This document shows positions 26,818 through 41,255 of a DNA stretch of 64,000 nt, one piece after another. The position numbers and the translations under genes were made by a program. The stretch lies in the NCBI RefSeq assembly GCF_009914755.1, contig NC_060937.1, one strand, 5' to 3'. The notes below the pieces were generated by a model. It had not been told where the DNA came from and made no database searches. It saw only the letters and a list, made by a program, of their open reading frames with translations. Origin of the DNA: the human T2T-CHM13v2.0 reference genome, Homo sapiens. Each line of letters begins with the position of its first letter. The stretch's first letter is position 1.

Positions 26818-27819
26818 GAGAGTGTTATGCAGTTTTCTAAAAGCAGCAAATATAACTTCCTGGTAAATAGGTTAGGTTTTATGGCAAGGAATATTTTTAA
26901 AATATGTGATTCTTTAGCATTACAAACATTTATTATTATTATTTTTTAAAGAAGAACTTTAACAGTTACCTCTCATCAATATTGTGGCATCTAGTATTTT
27001 TAGGGGAATACGTTAGAATGTCCTTAAGATCATGGTTAGTATTTTCTTATCTTTTATTTAATGTATATTTTCCTGAATATAGAGCTTATCTCCCTAATTA
27101 ATTTAAATAGCTAGGTGGTCTTTTCGGTTTACCTCATGTGCAATAATATGCAATCCCTCTTGGTTGATAATGCACTACTGATTGATTTAAAAATGTTAGT
27201 TTTAAAAATGATGGTATATATCCAAATGAAACAAACTTAAAAAAAATCTTAGAAGCACTTGCACTGAAATTATAGGTATTCCAAATACATAAATTAAAAA
27301 TAGAAAACAGACTATAATACGTAGGAAAGTATAATATAGTATATAATGCTATAGCATGATCTTGTTTATATACAAATAGATTTTACCATATAAATCTCTA
27401 TTTCTTGAATATGCTTCTATATATAGTTTTAACTGTTTTGCTTAGCATTTTCAAAAATGTGTACAATGAATATTAATAAATGTAAAATTGTCAAGAAATG
27501 TCAATTTTAAAAAACTTAAATTTTATTTTAATGTGTAATTGTAAAACTAATTATATGTTACCAAATAAAGATATCATGGGGATTGAATATTAGATAAGAT
27601 AGATGGGTTTGCTTAATTTTGCATTTTTATTTTGCTGTCATTGGTAGCACTTCCATTATGTGTCCTGCATCAGCATTTTTCCTATATCCTCTCTTTTAAT
27701 ATTTTTTCTTTTTCAATTCCCCTTTTATGTCAGACATATTCCCAATACTCTTCATTCTTAATGTATTAAGCATGACTGGCATTTAAAAAATCAATTTAAC
27801 TTTGTTTGTTTAACAAAAA

Positions 27820-28036
27820 TCTATGTAGCTCTATTATGTGCCAGTGTCTACATGCTTTATGATAACAACTCAATCAGTCCTCATAACAAGGATATCAGGT
27901 AGTTACTTCTTTTTTTGTTCATTGTATAGGTGGGGTAATTGAGGGCTGGAGAGATTAACTTTCCCAATAACTCACAGTCAGTAGGGATAGAGCTCAGATT
28001 TGAAGCGAGGCTCCAAATTCTAGGTTCTTACCTTAT
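27820..28036 (-). mobile_element. MIR
   Basis: tatgtgccag..tcctcataacaa..aggtag..attgagg..gagattaa..tcacagtcagta..gagctcagatttgaa. Confidence 0.7.
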
Positions 28037-31000
28037 ATATGTTTCCTCAGTTTTAAGTAGGGTATTTGATTTGCATTTCCATCCCTAACTTGTTAAATTC
28101 GATTATCCCTTCCATGTATAATAGAGTATAAATTAAAAATATAATTTTAAACTTAAATTTAATACCATTTTTTTGGAATGAATTGATCTGTGCCTGTATG
28201 AGAATGCAAAGACAAGGAGGCCATAGATAGCATGATTAACTGTAAGTGAGATACAAACCAAAGCTGACTTACAAACTTATTAATATGACAATGTTAACAT
28301 AATATTTGTTATAAAATGTAATCAAAGAAAATTTTAGGGAGTAACTGATTTCAGAAATTATATATTTCCTTCGTGATTGTTGCAAAAAATGTCTCGGGAG
28401 ATAATCATCTAAGAACACCCACGCAAGGGTGGGACTAATGTTCATTAGATGAGTGGTTGACACTTTCATGATATTCACTCATAAGATCACTACCCTGTTA
28501 AAGCATGTGCTGTTTTATTTTTAATCATGCAACTCAATTATATTCATTGTTATTTCTCATAAAATGTGTTGAAGATACTTCAATAAAATAAAATGTTTAA
28601 CAATGATGATACACACTGTTTTTCTGGCTTCTTGTGAAATGCAATTTTTTGTGACATTATAGCTTGAGTTAGTAAACACAAATTATTGTTTCCATCTCCT
28701 GGAAACAATGACGACTGGAACTATTATACTGTGCAGTATCCTAAGACCTGATTTATTTTATTTATTTATACCAAAATTCACACATCCATGAAGTAAAGCA
28801 GTTATTTCGTTATGCCTCTTTCCATCCAACTATATTGCTTATTAATTCTAGTATCAGTAGTGTGTATGTAGCCATTGTGAATGAGTATGTCTAAGGTAGG
28901 ATAATTTTCTTTCAAAATAAAATGAATTTCAATATTCTTAAAACCATATTAGAAATTTATCAAAATATCCAGACTAATTAAATAATGTATCTACTATAGA
29001 AATTCTTATTTTCTATCTCACACACATGGGCCTACAGTTTTAAGTTAAAGACAGCTGACTTGCTTTTGTAAGAAGTAAAATTTATAATTCAGGAGTCAGT
29101 TGAGATTGCAAATGAATAGTGGTTTTTGCAAAAGATACATAATTAAGATGGGAAATAGCTTTGGTCCAAAATAAATACAGTCTCAGCTATATATTAATAT
29201 TTATTCACTAGAAATGAAAAAAAAAATCCATTATATTATGTTTTGTTTCCTTGTGTATATTTCAATTTAAAAAAGTAGAGAAAAAGGATAAAACGAGTAT
29301 ATTAGAATTGATCCACATTCATCACTGCTTTTAAAAATAAAAGAGATTCTCTATCAATAAAACATCTCACTGTTTTTATAATAATTTTTAGGAGAAATCA
29401 ACATTATTGTAACATGAATAATAAAAAACATAAATGAGTAGCTAAAATTTCAATGCTACTCTTGTAAAAACACTGAAACACTGAACTGTAAGCATCCTTA
29501 TTTAGTTGCAATAAATATTGAAGTGTTTGTGGTTTCTACACCTTACTTAGAGCTTGTCAAATATATTTGTAATTCTTCTAAATTATACATTTATTTGGGT
29601 AAGAAAACTATTACAGCACAGTACTTTGGGAACCATTTACAGGAAAGGAAATTTTTTTCTGTGTTTTCAATTTTTATGTATTTTAGACTAGATTGTATTT
29701 ACAAGGATTTTCTTCTGTAAATTTTAAGGATGAAGATACCATCTTGTATTGATATCAATAATAAATTTATCATAAATATCGTACATTTTAAAATTTGTCT
29801 TATCGCTTAGGTAAAGTTCAGAGAGAAAACCATCCCATTATATAGACAAATGATTGATTGTTAAATTAAGAGATTTTAATTTAAAATATTCATTGAGTAT
29901 AAACTGATTTTAGAGAACGAATAATGTATTATGTCCAGAATATGTTGTATGTTGTTCTATGTATTATATTTATAGATGACTAAATGCATGTGTAGAATGT
30001 AGAAATTGAATTCTGAAATCAATATAAGCAATTATAAATTAATGTAGCTCCTTCAGAAAGTGAAATTTCACAATGTAATTCTGTATTTTTTTGACTGAAG
30101 TAATAAAAAAATGTAAAACTACTTTCATAATGAAGTGATTTTTTTTGCCTTTCTTATTCTGTGTATTTCTAGTGAAAAATGTGAACATGTACCTCAATAA
30201 ACACCAGAACAATCACAGAATATTATATATTTATTATTAAGATAATGTTTATAGAGTTTTAAATAATTAAACATGTTTGCTTTCAGGTCAGAAAAATTTA
30301 TCTAAAATAAGAGAACAAATGTTATAATATGTGTTTTTTAGTAGTATAATTTCAAAAAAAGCTTTATACGTAAGTCAAAATTTTATTTTTAATTTTTTAT
30401 GTCATAAATTGTGCTTTATTTTAGTCATAATCTTTATGTTATCATAAGTTTTATTGACTTAGTCAAAAAATCATTTAGATTTAAATGTAGTAACATTCCA
30501 TTTAAATAAAAAAACTCCCTGACCTCCAGAATACCTTACAACATTTACAATTTGCATCTGCAGAGGTGGTTTGCATGCAGGCTTAAATGTATTTCTTGAG
30601 GTACTTTACTATACAATTATAGATCTTGAATCTACCAGTACAACTGCATCAATTTTTAAGAGAAGCCTAACAAAATAAACATCGAAGATAGATTTTTTTG
30701 GCTTTAAGTAGAATGAACTATTTTCCCAATCCCATGCAAACTTACACAAATAAAATACAAGTTACCATTTGGAAAAATATGTTTGGTATTTGTTGTTTTT
30801 CAATAAATTTACCTTGATTAAGTTTGATAAATGTGATCCTAAAATCAGCTCCCCTTTAGAATATCCTGTGTTTCTTTTGTTCTCAGCTAGAAGCTATGGT
30901 TTCTAAAAGTTAAAAACAATAAGAGCAAAGTTTCTTGACTGGACTCTTGGAATATGGCACAGATTTTGGTACCTGTTATAAATTTATATACCCCACTTAA

Positions 31001-31689
31001 AAACCAAGCAAAAACATAAAAATATAAAATTACAATATTTTTATGTTTACATGCACTGACAATAAGTAGAGACATAATGCTTGAATTTGAAATGCTAGGG
31101 CAATAATTGTGCTCTGGGTAAGAAATCTTTCCATTTCTCCTGGGTCATGTGGGCAAACACTGACCCTTTTCTGATTTTAATTCAATTGCCAAATGTCTCA
31201 CTTTATACTGTGGTAAAATTCTCAGGCATTCATTTTATAGTACAGATAGACAATTTTTTTGCATAAAATTGCTATGTTTGGTTAAATGTGTAGCCAAGCG
31301 ACCACATAATTTCCTTTTTAAAAAACATAGCTGTGCTTTAGCATTTGTAAGACTGTGATAACCATTAATACAGCCTTTAAATGTATATCCACAGAAGCAG
31401 TTATTTTTATCATATTCATGAAGCCTGAATATTCTGGTACATGCAAATATTCTTTAAAACCAGGAGCTACATACTCCACAAATAGATATATGGAGATCAG
31501 ATAAGTTATTTTTCCCCTAGGTTTCATCTTATATTCTTGAAAAAATTTTGTGGTAATAGGTTAGATTAATAAAAATTAGGTACCAAACTAAAACCGGCTT
31601 CTTACAACTTTCCTGACAACTTTCCAATCAACAACAATTGATTTAAGGTAGAAGAAACGAAGAGAGACACATAAATTCAAAACATAACT

Positions 31690-31790
31690 CTTCTTTAAAA
31701 AATGGTGATTATGATAGTGCCTACATCATAGAGTTGTCCACATACATATAAAGCCCTTAGAATTATATTTGGCTTACATTAACACTTTGT
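31690..31790 (+). mobile_element. MIR 3' fragment
   Basis: aaaatggtgattatgatagtgcctacatcatagagttgt..aaagcccttagaa. Confidence 0.6.
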
Positions 31791-32774
31791 AATCATCCAA
31801 TATCACATTTTATGTCAAATGCTTAGAGGTAATTAAATAAATGATGGTAGGTATACCAGACAGTTATTTAAAACTTTGGTCAATTTAAACTGCAATTGTT
31901 GTTGAGTCTGGAACATTTCCCATCTGACTCTGGGTTGGCTTAAGTCCTATATCATGGCTAACATCATTGATTACTCATTAACTTGCTCAATAATTCTTTT
32001 GCCATTGATTTCTTAGTAACCCACATCAATCTATACAGGAACTGACCTTATCAAATCTGATCATTTTATATTTGAGCTAAGTCACAGCGCAAGTGACTTG
32101 ATTATTTCTATATTATATAATCAAACAATGTCACCTGACATTTTTTTAGACTCAATAAAGTCTAGCAATTTGGCTTAGGCAGTACAGTCAAGATCTGTCA
32201 TTATCTTTGTGTTGGCACATGAAGTGAACATCACTGAAAAAGCTCTTTGGAGATCATTCACCTAATAAATTCTGTTATGTTTGTGTATAAAGCTCTCCTC
32301 CTTCTCTAGCCTGGGACCCTACCAAAAAACCATCATGAAACTGGAAAAATGTTCATTAAGTTATTATATTATGAAGAGTATATGTTCATAGAGTTTTGTG
32401 TGAATTGAACTCCAAATTTTTTAAATCCTGAGATGAATATTTGAACTTAGCTCGTTTTTATTGCAGTTTAAAGACATACTACATGAGATAGGAAATTTTT
32501 GTGTAACTATAATTCACTTAAATAAAAACATAATAATATAAACCTCACCTGTAGATTGGGTAAGGATAACTGACAAAACAAAATTGCAAGTTCTGTTTTA
32601 ACACTTCCTCTGTTCTTATCACCATCTCATCACACACCCTGACACATTTTCTTTGAATATATACATATATAAAAACATATATATAAATTTACATTTATAT
32701 AAATTATTTTCACCTTAAAGGCATCATTTTTATTAAAAGTAAAATTTCTCTAGCATGCCATTAAATAGAATTGC

Positions 32775-32870
32775 TTATATATGTACGTGTGTGTATTTAC
32801 ATGTCTGTATGTATGTGTATATATGTGTGTGTGTGTGTGTGTGTGTATTATATATATATAAACATATATT
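32775..32870. repeat. (TG)n/(TA)n compound microsatellite
   Basis: Seen directly. Confidence 0.85.
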
Positions 32871-32920
32871 TTTTTTCTGGTCTCTGCACTGTAGGAATAG
32901 ACAGTCTAGTGTAGTTGTTT

Positions 32921-33070
32921 TATATATATATTATAATATATAATATATAATTATATATAATATATATAACATAAATATATAATATATATTATATATAATT
33001 ATATATTATATAATATATATTATATATAATTATATATTATATATTATATATATATATTTTATATATATAT
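32921..33070. repeat. TA-rich tract with direct and inverted internal repeats
   Basis: Almost pure A/T; 31-bp exact tandem unit at 32980-33010 and 33011-33041. Confidence 0.9.
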
Positions 33071-34160
33071 GTGTTTTCTGGATCCAGGGCTTCATATTAA
33101 CCTCATACTTACTGATTATATAAACTTGGGTAACAATTTTTCTATAATTAATTTTCCTCACATGTAAGATGAAAAGAAGAAAAATAAGAAGGTGGAGGGG
33201 AAGAAGGAGGTGGAGAAGAAAAGGAAGAGAACTGGGTTAATTTAAAGAATAAATAAATTAAAAATCTTAGAATAATAATGATATGGAGAAGTAAGTAAAT
33301 GTTTTATTTTATTTCACAGTGGGAATAAAAGTTTCAACAAGATTCAACAGGAACAATAAAATATCTTCACTCCTAGCTTCTCAATGTCACACTAGACTAA
33401 TTTTTAGTGTTTGTTTAAATAATCAATCCAAGATCCTGATTTATGTTTTTAGTATGGCAGTTAACATAATGAGTCTTATCAAAGGATTTCCATGACACAA
33501 CAAAACTTCTCAAAAGTACTTCCCAAATGTTATTTGAGCATAACATTTTACAAGGAAAAAAACAGGAAAAGACATTAAATAATTCGCTTATTTTTCAAAA
33601 AATATCTACATTATAGTTTGCCACTAAGTTGGAAAACATCTGGTTCCAACTAACTAAATTCAGTTCCATATTTCATTCCTAAAGATAAATTTATAAATAA
33701 TGATTAATCAATTTTTGCTTCTTAATTTCTACACTACGTAAGTTTAAATGCATAGTGTTCATGTATTTATATCAGTGATTTTTAGATTTTGAGCATTATA
33801 AGTATGCTTTAACTGATAGATTAGTCATGACATAGCTATCTCTGCTCTATATTAAAATTTAGCCATTAACATTTAAAAATTACAGGAATGAATTTGTTCT
33901 GAAAATTAAATAACTAAGTTACTTCGTACTTACTAAGAAAATTGGCTTGGTTCATTGCATATTTAAAAACAGTCATTCCAGAAAGACATACTAACTTATT
34001 TTTAGGAAGTGGTAATCATCACTGTATATAGAGCTATTTGATTTAATATGACAATGTGAAATCATTTTAGTATTTTATGTGCAGAAGGTTGAAATAATCA
34101 TACCTCTCAGTTCCCAGCACATGAGTATCATTAGTTGTTTTGAGCTGCGTCTCTTTAATC

Positions 34161-34165
<5 letters not shown>

Positions 34166-34194
<29 letters not shown>
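34166..34194. repeat. (TG)n microsatellite
   Basis: Seen directly. Confidence 0.95.
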
Positions 34195-34196
<2 letters not shown>

Positions 34197-34852
34197 GTGC
34201 ATATCTTCCCTTTTAATTACATATACTACTCACATTCTATTCCCTTCATAGGTAACCATATTAATATTTTAACAAATTATTTATTTGAATGTCTTCTTTA
34301 TTTTTATATGCATATATTTTAATTTTAATTAAATGATACCTATGTTAATGTAGCATCATAAGAAACAGAAGAGGATGAAGTCCAAAAAGTAATGATTGGT
34401 TTACTGAAATAAACTCTTCTTTAATGTGAAGTAAAATAACCACTAAATTGTATATACTGGAGTTAGCAACATATCAATAACCTTTGCAATTGCAGGCAAG
34501 TTGAAATTGTAAGGCTACATTATGGACACCTGGTAAAAAGATGAACAGAAAGCTACTTTAAACCACTACTTCTGGATACCCACAGGACAGAAAACTTTTA
34601 TGATGCTTTCATTGGAGTTTTGTTGGTTGGTTGGTTAACTTTTTTAATGAAAAAAATAAAAGGAACAAATGGAAATATCTGTGGCAAAAAAATTCAGTTG
34701 AGCAGGAAAAATGTGCAAACAAAGAAGAGAGAAATGAAGATAAGAAGATAACTTAAAGTATGATCTTCCTGAGAAACCTGGTAGGAATCAGATTAAAAAC
34801 ACAGGTGGAGAATTCAACTATTATTACATGATCTAAGTAAGAAATGCCAGGG

Positions 34853-35163
<311 letters not shown>

Positions 35164-35967
35164 AGAAATGATAGTTTTAAGAAACAAGTAGTTTTAAGCA
35201 AAGTAGATGGAAATTTGAGAGTTCATACCATATGACTACTGTTCCTTTTTGAACTTATAGAGAAAGGGGCTTATATGGATCAGGTGCAAAGAAAGAGGAA
35301 AGGGTTTACATGTCCTATGGTGAGAAAGAGAGATTGAGATGACTTAATAAATAAATATTTCCTGGGAGATTTGAGCTCACTTGTAGGCAATAAATTTATA
35401 GTGATTATAACATTGACAGTTTGTGTTGTTTATACTACTGTAATAATAATATCTTTATGTATATATATGTGGATGACAATATTTGCATCTATTGGTTGTA
35501 GGATTTGCCAATTAGGTGTAACTTAAGGGATCGTGGCATATCTTAATTAAGAGAAAATGATACAATGTATCATGGAATAAAGAATTTATGAAGGAAAAGG
35601 AATAAAAAAGAAGATAGATGAATAGGAAGAAATATCAAGGAAAATATGTAATTGGAGTATTTTAATAAGACTGTTAAAATGACTGCTTGAAAAATAATTT
35701 AGAATGGAAAATTATTTCTTGTAAGAGATAAGTTAAAACGTGTGACTGTAGACCAGTAAAGCCATGTAAAACATGGGATTTGGAGGAAGTAAACAAGCTG
35801 AGTAACTAGGGGATTGGATGTGTTGTCCATAAAAATCATGAAGTCATTTGGAATCTTGGCAGCATTTGAATTGGTTAGGAAAATCACATGCAAGAGAGAA
35901 AATGTTCAGGAATAAGGGAGATTTTCTCAGAGGGTAGTGGGTTACACACTAATTGTAAGAAGAGGGG

Positions 35968-36038
35968 TGTATTAGTGTTCTCTAGAGGGACAGAACTAAT
36001 AGGATTATCTATCTATCCATCTATCTACTATCTATCTA

Positions 36039-36082
<44 letters not shown>

Positions 36083-36465
36083 AAAGGGAAGTTTATTGTA
36101 CTAACTCACACAATCACAAGGTCCCACAATAGGCTGTCTGAAAGCTGAGGAGCAAGGAGAGCCAGTCCAAGTCCCAAAACTGAAGAACTTGGAGTCTGAT
36201 GTTCGAGGGCATCCAGCATGGGAGAAAGATGTAGGCTGGGAAGCTAGGCCAGTCTAGTCTTTTCACATTTTTTCTGCGAACTTTATGTTCTAGCCTTGCT
36301 GGTAGTTGATTAGATGGTGCCTACCCAGATTAAGGGTGGGTCTGCCTTTCCCAGTCCACTGGCTCAAATGTTCATCTCCTTTGGCAACAGCCTCACAGAC
36401 ACATCCAGGATCAATACTTTGGATCCTTCATCCAATCACATTGACACTCAATATTAACCAACACA
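35968..36465 (-). mobile_element. MLT2A (HERV-L) solo LTR with internal (TCTA)n at ~36008-36082
   Basis: tgtattag..ttctctagagggacagaactaatagga ... cccagattaagggtgggtctgcc ... ttgacactcaatattaaccaacaca. Confidence 0.9.
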
Positions 36466-36653
36466 AGACGGACAAGATAGATAGGAAGAGACTTAAAGAA
36501 AAAGCAAGAGTGTAGAAGAATAATAAAGAAATGACTTTGGAAAGCAAGTGAAATTACATAATCCCATTTCCTTACACTGAGATAGACACCATTTATAAAA
36601 AGACATCTTCAATGAATTCAATATTATCAGTTGATATACCAATTTTAGTTAAG

Positions 36654-36804
36654 ACCAGGCATGGTGGCTTACACCTGAAATCCCAGAACTTAGAGGTAGA
36701 GGCAGGAGCATAACTTGAGCGCAGGAGTTGGAGACCTGCCTGGACAACATAGCAAGACCCCATTCCCTACAAAAAGAAATAAAATAGACAATCACCTCCC
36801 AAAA
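36654..36804 (+). pseudogene. Monomeric Alu-domain retrocopy, probably a BC200 (BCYRN1) retropseudogene
   Basis: Left monomer only; BC200-type variants gagaccTgcctgg, atAacttgag, gaccccaTTc and the aaaaag..aaa.agacaa tail; perfect 13-bp TSD aattttagttaag (36641-36653 / 36805-36817). Confidence 0.75.
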
Positions 36805-37229
36805 AATTTTAGTTAAGTACAAAATATGATTAAAAAATATTCAAAGAAGCATTCTGGGATAATGGGTTTGAATAAATGAGATATTTGTTAAAGCAATTGT
36901 TGATCAACTCCCAGAAGTAAGAGGAAAGATTATTATACAGGAAGGGAGTGATAGTATGTGTCAGGGATAGGAACTACAGAGAGAAGATAGAGAACCCTCC
37001 AGGAGGAGGAGAGATGATCCAAGTGGCTTATATTTTATTGATAATCAAGAAAAACATGGGTCTAAGAGAAGACAGACTTAGATTTGAAGGACAGCTGAAG
37101 AAGGCTGATCAGAAATGCGAAGAGACTAAAGATGGAACTAGATTTATTTTATTTAGGTAGACTTTTTATATAATTTGAATAGACACATAAATGTAATGCT
37201 CATAGAAGGATGAAAATATGAAAATAGAG

Positions 37230-37560
37230 ATAATTTGTTTTATAAAACTAGACTAAACTTGTCAACAGAAATTGATGAGTATATTTAAAATTCTAAAACA
37301 ATTTGTCATAAATACATTAGATGTCCAAATCCAAAATAAAATACCAGCAAACATAATGAAACAACATATTAAAAGTATAACATGTTATTATGAACCAGAT
37401 ACTTCCCAGAACTCTGCAGATTGATTAACATTAGAAAATATGTTTACATATGTATACACATACACACACCCCATATCAGCAAATAAGAAAAACATCCTGA
37501 TAATCCCAGTAGATATTAAAAAGGTCTTTGATTACATTCAGTATGCATTAATCATAAACT
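37230..37560 (+). mobile_element. Very old L1M ORF2 (RT) fragment
   Basis: aataaaataccagcaaac..aacaacatattaaaag, ttaacattagaaaat, gataatcccagtagat..aaaaggtctttga. Confidence 0.6.
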
Positions 37561-37615
37561 GTGAGTTATGGGAATTTAATGACAAAGAATATGAATCATA
37601 AACTGATTCAGCATG

Positions 37616-37925
37616 GGCTGGGCATGCTAGCTTATGTCTGTAATCCCAGCACTTTGCAAGACTGAGGCAGGCGAATCTTTTGAGGTCAGGAGTTCAAGAC
37701 CAACATGGCCAACATGGTGAAACCCCATCTCTACTGAAAATATATACATTAGCTGGGCGTGGTGGCACACACCTGTAATCTCAGTTACTCTGAAAGCTGA
37801 GGCAGCAGAATCGCTTGAACCTGGAGGCTGAGTTTGCAAAATCATGCCACTGCACTCCAGCCTGGGCGACAGAGAGGCTCAGTCTCAAAAAAAAAAAAAA
37901 AAAAAAAAAAAAGGAAAAGAAAAAA
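37616..37925 (+). mobile_element. AluS (Sx/Sz-like)
   Basis: Full Alu, long A tail; TSD gattcagcat / gagtcagcat. Confidence 0.95.
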
Positions 37926-38262
37926 GAGTCAGCATAATGCAGACTTCAAGGCCCTTGGGTTGGCTTTTACCTACATCCTAGTGTCATCTCAGATACCCTT
38001 TCCATTGCGTTTTTTATTCTGTCTGAGGACCACCACTTGTGTTGATCTTGTGTTCCTCCAACGTTGGCTTTCCTCTTGATCTAATCCAACACCTTCAGTT
38101 CCCCAATAAAAGAGCTATGGCCACCAGATTAATAAAATCCTTTAGTTATTTGCTATTATATCACTAAATCCATCTTCTAAAACTATTACACTTCTATATA
38201 ATTTCTCTATTTCCTTTAAAACTAGTTTAATAAACCACACAGAGATAGAAGTTGTTAGCTCT

Positions 38263-38596
38263 TGCTATGGCTTGAATGTTCTCTATAACTCATGCTGAGA
38301 TCCATTTGTAGTTCAGAAACATGACTATTGTCTTTTCAAGCTTATATGAGATCTGGCTCCCTCAATCCTTGCTATGATATCAGTACATTACCTGTCTGAT
38401 GTGAAAAAGAAAAGATAAAATGAAATAAAAGCTCAGACACCACAGAGAGTTTCCACCAGTAAGAAGGCTCTCACCAGATCCAGCCCCTCAATCTTAGAAT
38501 TCTCAGTCTCCAAAACCGTAAGAAATAAATTCCTTTTTAAATAAATTACCCAGTTTCCAGGATTGTTTTAATAAGTAACAGAAAATGGATGAAAAC
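38263..38596 (+). mobile_element. MSTC/MSTD/MLT1A-like MaLR LTR
   Basis: tgctatggcttgaatgt ... aagaaggctctcaccagat..aagaaataaattcc..aaattacccagt..acagaaaatgga. Confidence 0.75.
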
Positions 38597-38739
38597 TGAT
38601 CTGTCTCCTGATGTAGATATTGGAGCCAAAACTTTATACTCATTACTCAAATAGAGGATTTTTTCACAGGGTAAATATTCAAGGGAGGCAGGGCTGAATT
38701 CTACATCAGAAGATAACATCTCAGAAGAATAGATGTTAA

Positions 38740-39065
38740 TTTTTACTCTCCCCTAGAAACTATAATGTACACAGGCTGTGATGCAGGCTTGACCAATCGG
38801 ACTTTGCTACCAAGGATTCTAAATCTAGAGAGAGTGCCAACAAAAAGAGTGTCAGCAAGGCTAGCCATGGACTCTATTGTCAAGCAGCTTTGTGACAGTG
38901 ACAATGACAATGGCAGTTCCATTGCAGCAGTGTCCTGAGCTGACAGTTCCTGTGATGTGTTATTGGCTAAGGTTTGAAATACCAAGAATCTTAAGGTTCA
39001 TCTCATTTTTAAGCTTGGATCATCAGCTTTACTAAAGATTCTCTGAGCTCTACAATTTACTTCCT
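38740..39065 (+). mobile_element. Possible old ERVL LTR (LTR33-like)
   Basis: gaccaatc box, gcagcagtgtcc..gttcctgtgatgtg..ttggct; weak resemblance only. Confidence 0.35.
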
Positions 39066-40509
39066 TGAGTGCTATTGATGAAAAACTCTTTTATTGTAAA
39101 ATATAGCACAGAGAAAGATTAAAACATATGATCAACTTAATAAATTGTTATGTGTTCAACTAGTAACTACCACTTTTATCAATAAATAGTCTTTCCAGAC
39201 ATTATTGAACCTCTCAATGTGCCTGATCTCAATCAAAACCTCACAGCCCTGCTGTAACCATTGTACATATTTAATGGTAATCATGCTCTGCTTTACTTCA
39301 CAGTTTAATAACTCAAGAAGTATTCTGAAATACTAGGTTTGATTTTAACTTTTTGTGAGTATGGTTATATATCTTAAGTATTCTTTATTACAGGTCCAAT
39401 CCATAAATTATTATTTTCCTGCAATCTTATATTTCACAATATAACTGGGCCATTTTACTTGTAAAGTATTTAAGATTCTATAATTTTCACATATTCCCAA
39501 GGAATATTTTAACATATTTCTCTGCCCTCTGTATTTTCTATCAATTGATTGTTTAATATAGGGGATTTACAGAGTCAATACATAAATATGTAGCTAATCC
39601 TTAAACAAATAAATATGTCTAGCTATATAAATATATCAATCTATATATAGATTGATATATATAAGTATATAAATAGATATAGGAAGTTTATATATAAAAA
39701 CTTATCTATATATATGAATCTGTACTAGTTTTATATAGATAAAAATAAATCTTTTCTTCACCTTTTGGCAAGACTGTTCATTACATTCCTCAAGCAAGAG
39801 GCATACTGTGTCTGGTTGCCACTTTTGGTGATGTTATCTATTGATTGTGCTTATTGCCTAGATATATTAATTAATTAGTGATATTTTATTATATCATTTC
39901 TCCTTTTTTATTAGTAAAATTTTTTATATGAGTAAAAATTTTTTTTAATCTAATGTTTTCTATCTCAGAGAAGTTTGCACAGGACTAATAGGCTAAAAGA
40001 TTTATTTTTTTGCTCTTCTTAATTTATTTTAAAAACGGAATTATTTCTTTATGACCCTCCAAATTTGGCTAATTTGTTGAAAAGTTTCAATTAATTTTTT
40101 ATTAGTATTTGAACTCACAGTTATACAAAATATATTTGAAGTGTTTTAATCCATTGTTGTTTTTATTGAAGCAGAAATGCTCCTGTCTCTCCAGTGGGTG
40201 GCTCCTATGTCTTCTGAGTTCTTTTGACATGCCCCATTGCAGTCCCTGATAGTTGCTAAAATGTTTCAGACACTTCCTACACATTTTCCATCCCAGATCT
40301 GGAATGAGACATTTCTAGTTCTGGTTTGTGTATATGTGGCAGGGGCGGGAGTGTGAGGAAGGGTATTTCAAGACCAGAATTTGGGCAATATGAATATGCA
40401 TTATTAACTGGGTCTGTTGTTATTTCTACATCTTTCCATTTGACAGAGTTAGAGTGAATAAGTGGATTGAAGTGTGGATGGATGGCTAGATTAGCAGAAA
40501 GGCAGATAA

Positions 40510-40839
<330 letters not shown>

Positions 40840-41101
40840 TTAAATTGAAGACTGAGATGTATACGTTATCTCTGCTAAATTTTTGTCTTCTTTTTTTCCA
40901 CATTAAATACATATGTTTTGAAGAATATCAAAAGTGGTAGAATTGAACTATTTATTACGTAATATTTTTATATTTATATAAAAATAAAAGGCAGTATTTA
41001 TATTGATGTTTATACTGATTGTTGTGGTTGTCTGCAATTCATGGCCTAGTTAATGCATAAGAAAGAGCTCATGGAGAAAGCAATTTCTTAGCTCTCGAAG
41101 T

Positions 41102-41255
41102 ATTGTAACAGTTTGTGGCTTCTATATTTGAGAGTAAATTTGGCTAGATATAATACATTTATCTTACTTTGTCTTTGCATTATAACAGTTTGTGGCTTTT
41201 ATATTTGAGAGTAAATTTGGCTCAATATAATACTATTATCTTACTTTTCCTTTGC
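41102..41255. repeat. 77-bp tandem duplication (2 copies, 69/77 identical by hand count)
   Basis: 41102-41178 compared with 41179-41255. Confidence 0.95.

Noticed and set aside
41102-41255. Direct repeats as a CRISPR-like array
   Set aside because: Only two adjacent copies, no spacers, no cas genes, eukaryotic context.
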